Shown here: positions 37,724 through 47,889 of the stretch, one piece after another
How the letters are laid out: each line of letters starts with the position of its first letter
Numbering within the stretch: position 1 is the stretch's first letter
IMG/VR virus record: IMGVR_UViG_3300020392_000018
Span: 1-57,767 of that record
DNA length: 57,767 nt
Reading direction: 5' to 3' (one strand)
Source: a virus
Lineage: Duplodnaviria > Caudoviricetes
Position numbers and translations under genes: made by a program
The notes under the pieces: generated by a model
Databases searched by the model: none
Told to the model about the DNA's origin: nothing
The model's input: the letters and a program-made list of their open reading frames with translations, nothing else

Positions 37724-38968
37724 TTAAATTCCTCCTACCATTTTGTGAATGTCCGACCAATCCATTTCAGCCATCTCTTCCATACTTGGGAGTTTAATTG
37801 CGGATTCTTCTTGTGCCTTTAGAATAGTTTCCTTTTCTGCTGTCAAAGATTTCCTTAGTTGGGTAAATTCATCCTTAAGAGAAGCAATCTCGCTTTGTGC
37901 ATCATAGTTTTGCTTTGCGATAACATCCTCTCTTGTTGAAACTTCTCTTGCGAATCTTGCTTCAAAAGACTTCTTTAGGTTGTCGTAAGCAAGTGCTTCA
38001 AGTTGTTCTTGTCGGAAAGCCTCATATGCTTTCTCAATGTTTCCAACAGACAAATCAAGAGTATCAAACTCTCCATTGTTAAATGCCTTTACAACAGGCA
38101 TATCGGAAGCAGTCGGTTTACCGTTGTTGATAACAATACGGTCAGCAGGTTCTCCAATTTGATTACCCGCACCATCAACAGTTCTCAAGTAAGCCTTTGC
38201 CTCTTCATCTTGATATTCTGCATGTTCCATGTCTTCTTCATCTTCTTTCATGTCCATTTCTTTCATTTCCATGTTTTCATCATCTTCTTTCATGTCCATT
38301 TCCTTCTCTTCATTCATTTCTTTTTCATACATGCTCTTTTCATCGTCGAGCATCTCTTCTTCTTTACGAAGCGTATTTACCTCTTCTAGCAAAGTATCTA
38401 ACTCCGCCAGTGCTTTTTCCAGTTTATTACTCATGTTTTTTTCTCCTTTATCTTGTTTCAAAATATCGAACCTCGCTTCGGGGTTAATTCCTTTTTCGCA
38501 TATAGTAATTTCATGCAATTCTAACTTGCTGATTTCATTATATTCACCCAAGTTTTCATTACTTTTCTTTACTTTTTGGAGGGCTTGTCCTCCTATGCTA
38601 AAAGACCTCAACGACCCCTTGCGAATGTTTCTACCAACTTCTTTGGCTTTTTCTATATCATCTCGTAGTTTAATTACTACAAAGAAACCAACATCATCTA
38701 CTTCGGATTTCCAAAGTCTGCCAGTGCTGTCTCTATAAGAATCTACAACTTCTCCAACTTGAACATTGGAATGATTTGTCATGACATTTCTAAATTTAGA
38801 ATCTTTCATGAACTTAAGAACTGCTTCCTTCAAAGCAGGTAATGTAATTAGGTCGTTTTGCTTATCTACAATTTCAATGCTAGCATAACCACCAATCATT
38901 AAATCGTCACTTCTAGCCTTAAGAATGGTAAACCCATCATTCCTAGTTGCTAGAACTGCTGATGTCAT
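37724..38968 (-). CDS. Prohead protease fused to acidic coiled-coil scaffold
   Basis: IGGYAS..VDKQNDLI, NHSNVQVG, RSFSIGG, HEITICEKGINPEA; C-terminal E/K/M-rich scaffold; start likely ATG 38968. Confidence 0.9.
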   Translation of the reverse strand: MTSAVLATRNDGFTILKARSDDLMIGGYASIEIVDKQNDLITLPALKEAVLKFMKDSKFRNVMTNHSNVQVGEVVDSYRDSTGRLWKSEVDDVGFFVVIKLRDDIEKAKEVGRNIRKGSLRSFSIGGQALQKVKKSNENLGEYNEISKLELHEITICEKGINPEARFDILKQDKGEKNMSNKLEKALAELDTLLEEVNTLRKEEEMLDDEKSMYEKEMNEEKEMDMKEDDENMEMKEMDMKEDEEDMEHAEYQDEEAKAYLRTVDGAGNQIGEPADRIVINNGKPTASDMPVVKAFNNGEFDTLDLSVGNIEKAYEAFRQEQLEALAYDNLKKSFEARFAREVSTREDVIAKQNYDAQSEIASLKDEFTQLRKSLTAEKETILKAQEESAIKLPSMEEMAEMDWSDIHKMVGGI

Positions 38969-38991
38969 TGCGCTCGTATGGAAAAAATTTA

Positions 38992-39007
38992 CTTTTAATA
39001 TATAATA
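38992..39007 (-). promoter_or_regulatory. Putative archaeal TATA-type (late) promoter
   Basis: TATTATATATTAAAAG ~30 nt upstream of ATG 38968 in intergenic gap. Confidence 0.5.
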
Positions 39008-39027
39008 CACACGGTCATTTTAAACTA

Positions 39028-41577
39028 TTAATCCTCTTTTGGAGGCAATTTAAGAACGCTGTATTTATCTTCATAAATATTCCAAAGCCCCTTATCTGCA
39101 TCAGTGTCAGCAGGTTTTTGTTCATAGCCTGTCCACGCTAACCACATCTTTTTTCCTTTAACTTCAAGCATTCTAACATGAAGTTTAGTTTCAAACTTGT
39201 TTCCATCTAAGAAGTATTCATGATAGCCTTCTTTTTGAACACCTAATTTAACATCACCACTATCAATTAATTTACGCTTAGAAATATTCTTAGCAACAAT
39301 AGCAGGGAACTTACCTGCTTTTCCAAATAATTCAAAAATGTCATCTTGTGAATCTAATCTAACCATCCAGTTGATGCTCTCATCACCTAACTTCATTACT
39401 ATATTTAGATTATCGTCATCTCTAAGATATATCTTAAACTCACCACTTCTATATTTTTCGGGTGTTTTGTATTCTTTTTTGATAGTGTCCATCAGTATCT
39501 TATCATTTTCTGCGAACAACTTTTTTGTTTTAACATCAAAAGATATACCATCTCTATTTTCAAACCAATCTTTTACTCTACTTTCTTTACTTTCCAGTAT
39601 ATCTTGATACTTCTTTTTGTGATTTTTAACTAAAAAGTTGTGAACTTCTTTTGGTGTTTTAGCACCTTTTTGTTTTAAGAAATTAAATATAGCAACAGTA
39701 AGTTTAGATTGTTTTGTTTTCATTATTTCTTCTGCTTGCTCTTTCCACAAGTCTAAATCCATTAATGCATTTTTAGACATTAAATTGTCTTGCTCAAAAC
39801 CATAAATAGTAAAGCCATCCATATCTCCCTTAATTATTATATTAGCCTCACCGTGAATATGGTCAGTAACTATAATCCCTTTTTCTACTTCTTCTACATT
39901 ATATTTTAGAGACTTATCAGTATCGTTAATTAACATCTGCAAAGTCACTAACTTATCCGGTGTTTTACATTCAGCAATCTCATTTATCTTTGCTGAGTAA
40001 ACTACAGGCTTACCCTTTACCTCCTTTACTTTATCAATAGAAACTCTAACTACTTCTCCAACATCTGCTGAAACTTTAGTATTAGTAGCACTACCCACAT
40101 CAAGATAGTTTATACCTTCTATTTTTTCCCCATCCTCTTCAATTGGCCCTGCTCCTAATTTGTATGAAAAGTTAGAACCGCTTTTCTTTTTATCAAGAAC
40201 AATTAAATCTAATTCTACAACAGGTTTCCATCTAATCCATTTAGGATTCTTCTTTGTTCCTAAGAAATATGTAGAAGTTGCATCTTTAATCATAGCCCCT
40301 TCTGCTGTTGGCATTTCCATAATTTTCTTAGCATACTCATCTACATCTTTTAGATTGTCTGCTACTCTAGTATCTTTTTTAGAAGGAAATGTCAATGCTT
40401 CACTAGAATGTATAGAATAATTATTAAACATTATTTGCATTCTGTTTTGTAATGTGTCTTCCATGAGGTTTTCTTCATTGTGTCTCATAATGTCAAATAC
40501 ATGGATTCTTGGCTTACCATCTCTTTTTCCTGCTAAATACTCAACCGCTTCTTTTCTTTTAAGAGAGTCATCTTCATCAAACAGAACAAAAGAAGCATCC
40601 AAGATACAATCACCAAAATGTTTTTTGTTTAGTTCTTCAACTGCTTCTTTACATTTTGATGTAATATCTTTACCTGTATAATCATAGACTTTTATGTTCT
40701 TATCTATTTTATGTAGTTGAATTCTAAAACCATCATACTTTTCTTGAACATAGAACTCACCACTAAATCCTTTTAGTTCATTCATGTCTTCTATTGTAAA
40801 TATTCTATACATTGGTTTGTTAGGAATTATGAAATCACTTTGGGCTTTTTCTTCATCTGATTTTTCCTCTTTTAGAATAGTTTTTTTATTATCATTTTTT
40901 TCTTCTTTAGCCTTAGCCTCATCTAAATCTGTATCTATGTCTTCTAATTCAGCCCACTCTTCTTTGCTATTATTAGATAAGAATATTAATTCTAGCATAT
41001 TCATAGCGGCTTTTACTTTTGTTTCTACTTTCTTAGAGTCTTTACCATCACCATAATGTTCTATGATGTAAAGTGCAACATCATCAACTTCTAAATCTAA
41101 TCCTGTTAAACCGTCTGTAATATTATCGGGTTTCATATCTTTAATTGAATATGCTTCTTTTGGTAGTGCTTTATCATCTTCTCTAATAGCATAGTGAACA
41201 AATTTAATCATAAGTTCAGGTGAATCCAACAGTGCTTCTAAAACATCACCTTTAAATTTTTTAGCGAAAGGGTCGCTAACTTCTTCCGAAGAATATCTTA
41301 ATGCCTTGATTCCTTCGTATAATTTTTCAGCATTATTAGTGCTAACATCGGAAACATCATTTGCTTCTAGTAAATCATCATCAATAAAATCTTTAAGTTC
41401 ATTTGAAAGAGCATCAGTCATTTCATATGCTTCTTTGATTTTGTTTACTGCGTTTCTCCATTTAGAACCGTATTCCTTTGGGTCGGTTCTTGCTGAAAGA
41501 TAAGCAACTCTTGTTCTCTCAAAGAGTCTTAGAATATCTGTGGATATTGACTTATCCTTCTCAATAAGAAGTGGCAT
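39028..41577 (-). CDS. ATP-dependent DNA ligase-like multidomain protein
   Basis: Motif I QEKYDG, IIIa VFDIM, IV EGAMIKD, V WIRWKP..ELDLIV, OB region; long N- and C-terminal extensions. Confidence 0.85.
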   Translation of the reverse strand: MPLLIEKDKSISTDILRLFERTRVAYLSARTDPKEYGSKWRNAVNKIKEAYEMTDALSNELKDFIDDDLLEANDVSDVSTNNAEKLYEGIKALRYSSEEVSDPFAKKFKGDVLEALLDSPELMIKFVHYAIREDDKALPKEAYSIKDMKPDNITDGLTGLDLEVDDVALYIIEHYGDGKDSKKVETKVKAAMNMLELIFLSNNSKEEWAELEDIDTDLDEAKAKEEKNDNKKTILKEEKSDEEKAQSDFIIPNKPMYRIFTIEDMNELKGFSGEFYVQEKYDGFRIQLHKIDKNIKVYDYTGKDITSKCKEAVEELNKKHFGDCILDASFVLFDEDDSLKRKEAVEYLAGKRDGKPRIHVFDIMRHNEENLMEDTLQNRMQIMFNNYSIHSSEALTFPSKKDTRVADNLKDVDEYAKKIMEMPTAEGAMIKDATSTYFLGTKKNPKWIRWKPVVELDLIVLDKKKSGSNFSYKLGAGPIEEDGEKIEGINYLDVGSATNTKVSADVGEVVRVSIDKVKEVKGKPVVYSAKINEIAECKTPDKLVTLQMLINDTDKSLKYNVEEVEKGIIVTDHIHGEANIIIKGDMDGFTIYGFEQDNLMSKNALMDLDLWKEQAEEIMKTKQSKLTVAIFNFLKQKGAKTPKEVHNFLVKNHKKKYQDILESKESRVKDWFENRDGISFDVKTKKLFAENDKILMDTIKKEYKTPEKYRSGEFKIYLRDDDNLNIVMKLGDESINWMVRLDSQDDIFELFGKAGKFPAIVAKNISKRKLIDSGDVKLGVQKEGYHEYFLDGNKFETKLHVRMLEVKGKKMWLAWTGYEQKPADTDADKGLWNIYEDKYSVLKLPPKED

Positions 41578-41583
41578 GAAACA

Positions 41584-42123
41584 TCACTTTTTCATAAACT
41601 CTATTTTTTTGATAGTATAGTCTTCCGAATCTCCCCTAGTAGATTCAGCATAAATAATTAAATTTATAGGAACAATAAAACTAGGGTAGTATGAAGAAGT
41701 AGAACCGTCTGTTACTTTGCCGAACTCTTTTTCAATCATATCCTGTATTTCATCAACTGCTCCTGTTTTACCAATTAATTTTTCTACATTTAAGGGTTTT
41801 TTATCTTTATATGATTCAGCACTCCTTACATCTTTAGTAGTATTTTTGAAACTTACCATTTTTTTTGGTTTATCTTGTTTCTTTAAACTCTCACCTGCTA
41901 AACCATATCCCGAATGTGTGCCGTCATTGTTAGTAATTTTAGTTTTAACATCTTGCACCTTTGGCCTCTTAATCTTTTCAACTTCGGGGTCTGTATTTAT
42001 TTCCAATACTTGAGTTGGCTCAATGTTCTTTCTCTTTTTTGCGCTTAATTCTTCTTTAGCCTTTCTTGCTTTTTCAATAGCAAGGCTAACCATCCTTTCT
42101 TCTCTTGTTACTCTTTCCGGCAT
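41584..42123 (-). CDS. Hypothetical protein
   Basis: ORF track. Confidence 0.65.
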   Translation of the reverse strand: MPERVTREERMVSLAIEKARKAKEELSAKKRKNIEPTQVLEINTDPEVEKIKRPKVQDVKTKITNNDGTHSGYGLAGESLKKQDKPKKMVSFKNTTKDVRSAESYKDKKPLNVEKLIGKTGAVDEIQDMIEKEFGKVTDGSTSSYYPSFIVPINLIIYAESTRGDSEDYTIKKIEFMKK

Positions 42124-42137
42124 TATATCAACTCTCT

Positions 42138-42503
42138 TTATATTTCATCTTCTTCGGGTGGTTCTTTTATTCCCTCAAATCTTATCTCTTTATCCATGAT
42201 TACTACCTTATCTGCTTGATATTCTTGGGCTAATTTTTGCTCTAGCATTTGTTTTATTTTTTGGGGTTGTCCTCTAAATCTAAATTTTTGAGAAATTCTA
42301 TTAAAAATAGGGGAGGGAACTGTGTATGTTGTTTGGTCGGGATTTGCTCTAACTGCTTTTCCTAATTTTTTATTTAGCCTATCAGTATATTTAGTCTCTT
42401 TAATTAATTTATTCACGATATTGCTTAAATTACTTTCTGTATCTCTTTGCATTTGTCCTATCGGCATTGCCGCCTTCAATATTTCTTTCCAATTTTCAGC
42501 CAT
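42138..42503 (-). CDS. Hypothetical protein with WKEILKA leader
   Basis: MAENWKEILKAA; GGAGG RBS. Confidence 0.65.
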   Translation of the reverse strand: MAENWKEILKAAMPIGQMQRDTESNLSNIVNKLIKETKYTDRLNKKLGKAVRANPDQTTYTVPSPIFNRISQKFRFRGQPQKIKQMLEQKLAQEYQADKVVIMDKEIRFEGIKEPPEEDEI

Positions 42504-42504
42504 A

Positions 42505-42780
42505 TTATTTTGCCTCCCTTAATTCTTTTCTAACTGTATCAAAAGCCGAAAGTATTTCTAATTTAGCATCATAAGATATATAATCGGTTTGATGCAAAGC
42601 ATCTATTAGTTCCTCTACTTCATCTTCCATCTTATCAAGTCTTTTCATAAATTCTTCTTTGCTTATATAGGCGGAAAAACCCCTACCATCAGTAGGAACA
42701 TTAGGGTCAGTAAATTTTTTACTTGCTCCGTATCTATCGGGGTTTCGGAATGCATTTTTCAATATTTTATCCCATGTCAT
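42505..42780 (-). CDS. Hypothetical protein with WDKILKN leader
   Basis: MTWDKILKNA; TAATG overlap. Confidence 0.65.
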   Translation of the reverse strand: MTWDKILKNAFRNPDRYGASKKFTDPNVPTDGRGFSAYISKEEFMKRLDKMEDEVEELIDALHQTDYISYDAKLEILSAFDTVRKELREAK

Positions 42781-43028
42781 TATTGTCCACCTACATTTTC
42801 TACCATCTTATGAATGTCTTTCCAATCCATACTACCCACATCTTTCAATGGTGAACCACCAATAGTTCCATGATTCATCTTAGGAGTTGGACTATCAACA
42901 ACAACAAAGCCGGACTTCATTAGTAGATTATCGTCATTGTAAACTGCTTTCTCTAAACTTTCTATCTTAGCACTAAGGGCTTTAATGATTTCAAGTAGTT
43001 CTTCATTAATCGTATTTTCTTCACTCAT
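42780..43028 (-). CDS. Mini-scaffold-like protein
   Basis: Coiled coil plus C-terminal MDWKDIHKMV shared with scaffold. Confidence 0.65.
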   Translation of the reverse strand: MSEENTINEELLEIIKALSAKIESLEKAVYNDDNLLMKSGFVVVDSPTPKMNHGTIGGSPLKDVGSMDWKDIHKMVENVGGQ

Positions 43029-43384
43029 CTCTTTTCCTCCTTTGGTGGATATACTAAATCTCTTAATTGTCTGTAAAGCAATTCATAGTCCTTACGAAGT
43101 TCCGTAGCCGAAGCGACTATATCTACATTCCGTTCTTCCATAGATTTCATTTTCTTTGTGAGTTTTTTATCTGATTTAACTAGTTCAACATCCTTTAATG
43201 CTGATACTAATTCACCCAACTTAGTAAAATCTTGACCAAAAAATTCTGTTGGTTGTGCGGCTTGTAGTGTTTTCTTTAGACGCTTAGTTTGTTTTTTATC
43301 TAATGAGTCTAATATATTCTTCTTTACCTTTTCTTGCTTTTTTATGGTAAACTCTTTACCTTCTTCATAATAATCCCATGTCAT
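43025..43384 (-). CDS. Hypothetical protein
   Basis: ORF track; ATGA overlaps. Confidence 0.65.
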   Translation of the reverse strand: MTWDYYEEGKEFTIKKQEKVKKNILDSLDKKQTKRLKKTLQAAQPTEFFGQDFTKLGELVSALKDVELVKSDKKLTKKMKSMEERNVDIVASATELRKDYELLYRQLRDLVYPPKEEKR

Positions 43385-46300
43385 TTTTCAGCCTCCATCT
43401 CTCTTCTTTGTTCTTCTAAGAATCTTAATCTTTCTTGTTCTTTTTGGTCTTCTTCTTGCTTTTGTGCTTTGAAATCCTCTAATAGTTCTTTGAATGTTCC
43501 TTGTTTCTTGCTATCATTATACTTTAGTTCATAACTATCCCTTGTATCTTCTTTAGCAAATTTTTCAGCAAACTTAGGATTGTTTTCTGCTAATACTCGC
43601 ATGCGGCCTCTTTTCATAAACTGTATTCTAATCTTAAAAGTTTCATATTTTTCATCTTTTTCTTCTTCAATGGTTGGCCTTTCTTCTGTAGAAACTAAAT
43701 CCATATCAAAACTACCTCTAAAGTTTTTAATTATATCTGCCAAAGAGTCATCTGCTTCTTTTTGAATTTTTTTCTGTCCTTCTATATTTTCTAAATGTTT
43801 TTCTTGCACTTTCTTGTGTTGTTTTCTGTAAGCATCAAAAGCATCTGTTAAATCAATCATCTCTGCAAATTCCTTTCCTATTATTTCATTGGCCAACAAT
43901 TCTTTTATGTTATCCTGCGAAGCATCTATTTTCAATTTACTAAAATCAAAAACTTTAGTCTTAGTTTTGAAAGTTTTAACTAGTGCGTCAAAGGCTTTTT
44001 CTGCTTCAGCAACTTCTTTAACTTCTTCTGCAAATGTTTCAACATCACCTCTTGCTCTAGTGGTGGCTAGTTTATCATAGTCTTCCTTTGAAACTACTTT
44101 AGTAGCCTCTAAAATAATCTCTCTTGCTAAACCTTCATCAGTCATGTTTGAATCAAATAACTCTTGTAGTGAATCCTTTTCATTGGCTCTAGCAGTATCT
44201 TCTAATATTTTTTCGCTTTGTTTTGCTGATAGTCTTATGATTCCTTCAAACTTAAATAAATTAGGAAGAGTCTCTTTTGCTTTTTTATTTTGTTCTTTAA
44301 GACGAGCCTCTACTTTTTTATATTCACTAAGTTTTTTATCTTCTTTACCTTCTGCCAAGAATCTTTCTTCTGCGCTTACTAAATCAACCTTATTAGTTCT
44401 AGCCCACATTGCCATTGCTTCGCCCACATCAACTTCTTTTGGTATTTTCATACCTTTATCTATGAAATCATCAAACCTATCTATCATAGTATCTGCATAT
44501 TCTTTCAATGCTTCTGCGTAGTTTGGTTGCTTAGTTGGCTCTAAAGCATCGGCCTTGCTTGCGAAAGACTTTCTAAGTTTAGTAATTTTATCTACAAACA
44601 CTTCTACTTCTCGCATTACTGTGAGTATTTCTTGTTTTTCATCCATCAATTCTATGAATTGTTCCATCTGTTTCTCGATTTCTTCTTGTTCCTTTGTTTT
44701 AATACTTAGATTATTTAGTGCTTCTATTACAGTTCCAAACCGTTCTTCGCTTGGTTCTTTAGCATCTTCTAATTGTTTTATAGCATCTGCTTTAACCCTG
44801 ACCTTATCGAATAAAACATCCCAATAGTCTTTGACTTGCTGAACTCCAATTTCTTTTGTCTTACCGACCTTTACATCTTCTTCTATTTGTTTTAAGTTCC
44901 TAGTAAACTCCGAATGAATTATCATAGGGAATATAGGTGCAAACTTTTGACCCTCTATAGTGACTTTCTTTCTTTCCATTTCACTTAACTTCCAAGTCCT
45001 AGTATCTTCAACACCAAAAGACATTGGACTATTATCATCTATTAACCCAACAAGACTTAGATTTTTTAGAGCAGAAAGTAAACCTGTTGAAAGTTCTGCT
45101 TCTTTCTTTAGCATATCTTTTACAATGAAGTCGGGGATGGGTGAAAGCATTTCTTTCATTTCAACCCTTCTTCTAACAAAGTCAGGTAATTGGTCTAAGG
45201 CTCGCTTAAGTTGCTTTTTCTTATCAGTAGTAGTGGTGTCTTGTTCAAAAACAGTTTTTCCTGTGAGTTTTTTATATGTTCCTCTAATTGCATTTATAAT
45301 TTTATCATCTTCTAATATTTCTTGTATTTTCTTTACTACTGTTTCTAAATCATCGAATCCTTCTATTTCACCAAACATCGGGAACTCTCTTCTAGCAAAA
45401 TAATAATCTCCACTAGTCGGCATAATAACATCAAAGTGCTTGTATGCTTCTTTACCAATTAGGTCTGCTTTCTTGAAATAATACTTTGGTTTCTTATCCT
45501 GTCTTCTTTTAGCGTCAGAAACTTCAACCTCGCTCAGTAATTTTGGCAAACTCTTTAGCCTTCTATCAATGTCTTTCTTCATACCTCTTAGTTTCTTTTC
45601 GTTTCCTTGTATTTTTTCATCTAATTCAGCCACTTTACTTCTTATTTTATTTGCGACTTCATTTTTCTTATCCTTTCTTTGTGGTGCAGGAAGTGACATT
45701 AATTTTTGTTGTTCTTTTTCTCTTCCCTTTCTTTGCTTATCTATTTTTTTAGTTAGTTCTGTAATTTTTTGTCTTATTTCTAGTAGAGCCTTTCTAGTTT
45801 TATCTAAGTCTTCTTTACTCTTTTTTCCTTTTTCTGTCAAAGACTTTGCCTCTCTTTCTTCTAACCTTTCTAACTTATCATTACTTACACTATCTCCTTG
45901 TAATATGGTAATGGCATCTCTTATCATCTCCAATCCATATTTTGTGCCTTCAAATATTTGTTTAGCAACCAACATTCTTTTTTCGTCGCTAGTTCCTTTT
46001 AGTCTTGAAATATCCTTTAACTCATTCAATTCAGATAATAGTGTTTCATAGAATGGTTTAGTGTATTTTGTTAATCCTTCAGTTTCTCTTTGTTGTAAAC
46101 TTGCTAATACTTTTTTATTTTGTGCAGTTAGTAATCTTTGTAGATTTTCTATTTTCTTGCGAGTAGTTCCTTCTTCTTCTTCTTGTATAGAATTTAGTAG
46201 GTAACTTAAATAATTGAATACTCTTTGTATTGCTTCTTTTTGAACACCTTTACCATCAGTTATCATAGCACCCTTTCTGCCCTTAGATTGCTTTATTCCC

Positions 46301-47652
46301 CTTGCTTTGGCATCAGTTTCTAAAAATGCTCGTAATTTTTCGTCAGTATATTTTCCTTTGAACGATATAGAATGATAAGGTAATACAATGTTTGGTATTC
46401 TAGGAGGTATTTTTTTTCCTTCTTCTGTAGTTCTCTTTCCTAGCACAGCCTTTACTCTTTCATCTTCTAATATTTCTTTTAAATCCTTTATAGGCTGTCC
46501 GGTATTTTCTTTCGTATTCTGTAAGACTTTCAACGAACTGACTCTAATAGTATTAAAGTTATCTTTAGCAATTTTTTTCCTGTTTTTGTTTACTTTATCA
46601 GTTAATTCTTTTATTTTTGCTTGAGTTTCTTTTATTTCTTTAGCAGTTGCTTGTCTATTCACTAATAAATCGGGCCTACCTTTTTCATCGAGAGCAAAAC
46701 CTCTTTCTTTCCAATCTTCTGCAAACTCTTTTTCTGCATTTTGTAGTTGCTCCTTGAGTTTCTTTTCTTTTTCATTCAGTTTCTTGGCTTGCTTTTCTCT
46801 TTCTTTGTCGTCTTCTATGTAAGGTTTTATTCTGTTTTTAGTTTTCTTTTTATCTTGAAGTTCTGTTTGCTCAATTACTAAATTAGCAAGTTGCTTTCTC
46901 AATCTTTCTCGCTTGCCTACAAAAGCGGCTATTCTTTTTCCTTCTTTACTACTAGGAGCATACTCGCCAAATCTTGTCTTAGGTGCAGGAACATCGAATT
47001 CATCCTTGTTGGTAAATTTGAAACCTAGCCGAGACTTAGGCTTAACTCTTCTATCCTTTTGTTGAAACGCCGCAAGTTCATTCTGCAATTGAGTTAGTTT
47101 AATTGTGTCAGCCCTCAATTCTTCTCTTGCTAAAAATAACTTTCTGCTATTGGTATATTCTTTCCAAGTGTTTTTTATTTCATCAACCGTGTAAGAATAT
47201 TCAGTTTCTCCTAGTTTAAACTCCATTGGTTTATCTTCTTGTATGAATTTGTCGTAATATTTCTTTCTAACTTTGTAGACAATATCTAATTTTTCTTTTT
47301 GAGTCAAGTCTTTATTCTTTTTTGCTTTATCTAATTCTCTTTTTACTTCGGGATAGAAACCAGAACTGAACATTAATTTTTTTTCGGTTTCATCTTCTTC
47401 ATCAAGAACTTCTTTTGGTTTGTCAAATTCACTATTTTCAATCGCTTCTTGCTCAAGTTGTTCAAACTCATCTTGTGAATCAAAAATTTCATCTTCTAAA
47501 GCATCATTAGCATTACTATCTACATCAAGATAATTTTTGTCTTCGTCTTCATCTGCTTTTATGATGGCTTTATCTTCTAACTCTTCAACTAAGCATTTCA
47601 AAAGAAAATGAAGGTCATCTTCTTTATTGTATAAGATAGCCTTCACAAACAT
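43381..47652 (-). CDS. Large K/E-rich coiled-coil protein (possible internal head protein)
   Basis: 1423-aa ORF between portal and protease; GAGG RBS. Confidence 0.75.
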   Translation of the reverse strand: MFVKAILYNKEDDLHFLLKCLVEELEDKAIIKADEDEDKNYLDVDSNANDALEDEIFDSQDEFEQLEQEAIENSEFDKPKEVLDEEDETEKKLMFSSGFYPEVKRELDKAKKNKDLTQKEKLDIVYKVRKKYYDKFIQEDKPMEFKLGETEYSYTVDEIKNTWKEYTNSRKLFLAREELRADTIKLTQLQNELAAFQQKDRRVKPKSRLGFKFTNKDEFDVPAPKTRFGEYAPSSKEGKRIAAFVGKRERLRKQLANLVIEQTELQDKKKTKNRIKPYIEDDKEREKQAKKLNEKEKKLKEQLQNAEKEFAEDWKERGFALDEKGRPDLLVNRQATAKEIKETQAKIKELTDKVNKNRKKIAKDNFNTIRVSSLKVLQNTKENTGQPIKDLKEILEDERVKAVLGKRTTEEGKKIPPRIPNIVLPYHSISFKGKYTDEKLRAFLETDAKARGIKQSKGRKGAMITDGKGVQKEAIQRVFNYLSYLLNSIQEEEEGTTRKKIENLQRLLTAQNKKVLASLQQRETEGLTKYTKPFYETLLSELNELKDISRLKGTSDEKRMLVAKQIFEGTKYGLEMIRDAITILQGDSVSNDKLERLEEREAKSLTEKGKKSKEDLDKTRKALLEIRQKITELTKKIDKQRKGREKEQQKLMSLPAPQRKDKKNEVANKIRSKVAELDEKIQGNEKKLRGMKKDIDRRLKSLPKLLSEVEVSDAKRRQDKKPKYYFKKADLIGKEAYKHFDVIMPTSGDYYFARREFPMFGEIEGFDDLETVVKKIQEILEDDKIINAIRGTYKKLTGKTVFEQDTTTTDKKKQLKRALDQLPDFVRRRVEMKEMLSPIPDFIVKDMLKKEAELSTGLLSALKNLSLVGLIDDNSPMSFGVEDTRTWKLSEMERKKVTIEGQKFAPIFPMIIHSEFTRNLKQIEEDVKVGKTKEIGVQQVKDYWDVLFDKVRVKADAIKQLEDAKEPSEERFGTVIEALNNLSIKTKEQEEIEKQMEQFIELMDEKQEILTVMREVEVFVDKITKLRKSFASKADALEPTKQPNYAEALKEYADTMIDRFDDFIDKGMKIPKEVDVGEAMAMWARTNKVDLVSAEERFLAEGKEDKKLSEYKKVEARLKEQNKKAKETLPNLFKFEGIIRLSAKQSEKILEDTARANEKDSLQELFDSNMTDEGLAREIILEATKVVSKEDYDKLATTRARGDVETFAEEVKEVAEAEKAFDALVKTFKTKTKVFDFSKLKIDASQDNIKELLANEIIGKEFAEMIDLTDAFDAYRKQHKKVQEKHLENIEGQKKIQKEADDSLADIIKNFRGSFDMDLVSTEERPTIEEEKDEKYETFKIRIQFMKRGRMRVLAENNPKFAEKFAKEDTRDSYELKYNDSKKQGTFKELLEDFKAQKQEEDQKEQERLRFLEEQRREMEAEK

Positions 47653-47661
47653 ATTATAGCC

Positions 47662-47889
47662 TCAAAATGGAATATTCTCTTTCTTACCTCTCCTTTTTTG
47701 TGGGGGTAAGATAACATCGGGAACATCATTAGATGCTCTTGTTGGTTTGTGAGTTGTGTCCGGTGGTAATCCACCGATAGAAAAATCACGATTCTTCGTA
47801 GTCTTTCTAGTTTCATTTGCATTCTGCGTTCTAACCTTTGCTAGTTCTTTCTTTAGTCTAATCTCTTTCTGTCTATTATCTTCTGTCAT
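47662..47889 (-). CDS. Hypothetical basic protein
   Basis: TAATG overlap with portal stop; GGAGG RBS. Confidence 0.6.
   Translation of the reverse strand: MTEDNRQKEIRLKKELAKVRTQNANETRKTTKNRDFSIGGLPPDTTHKPTRASNDVPDVILPPQKRRGKKENIPF

Noticed and set aside
38225-38345. Short tandem repeats (tcttctttcatgtccatttc)
   Set aside because: They encode the low-complexity EKEMDMKED scaffold linker; not an array or mobile element.
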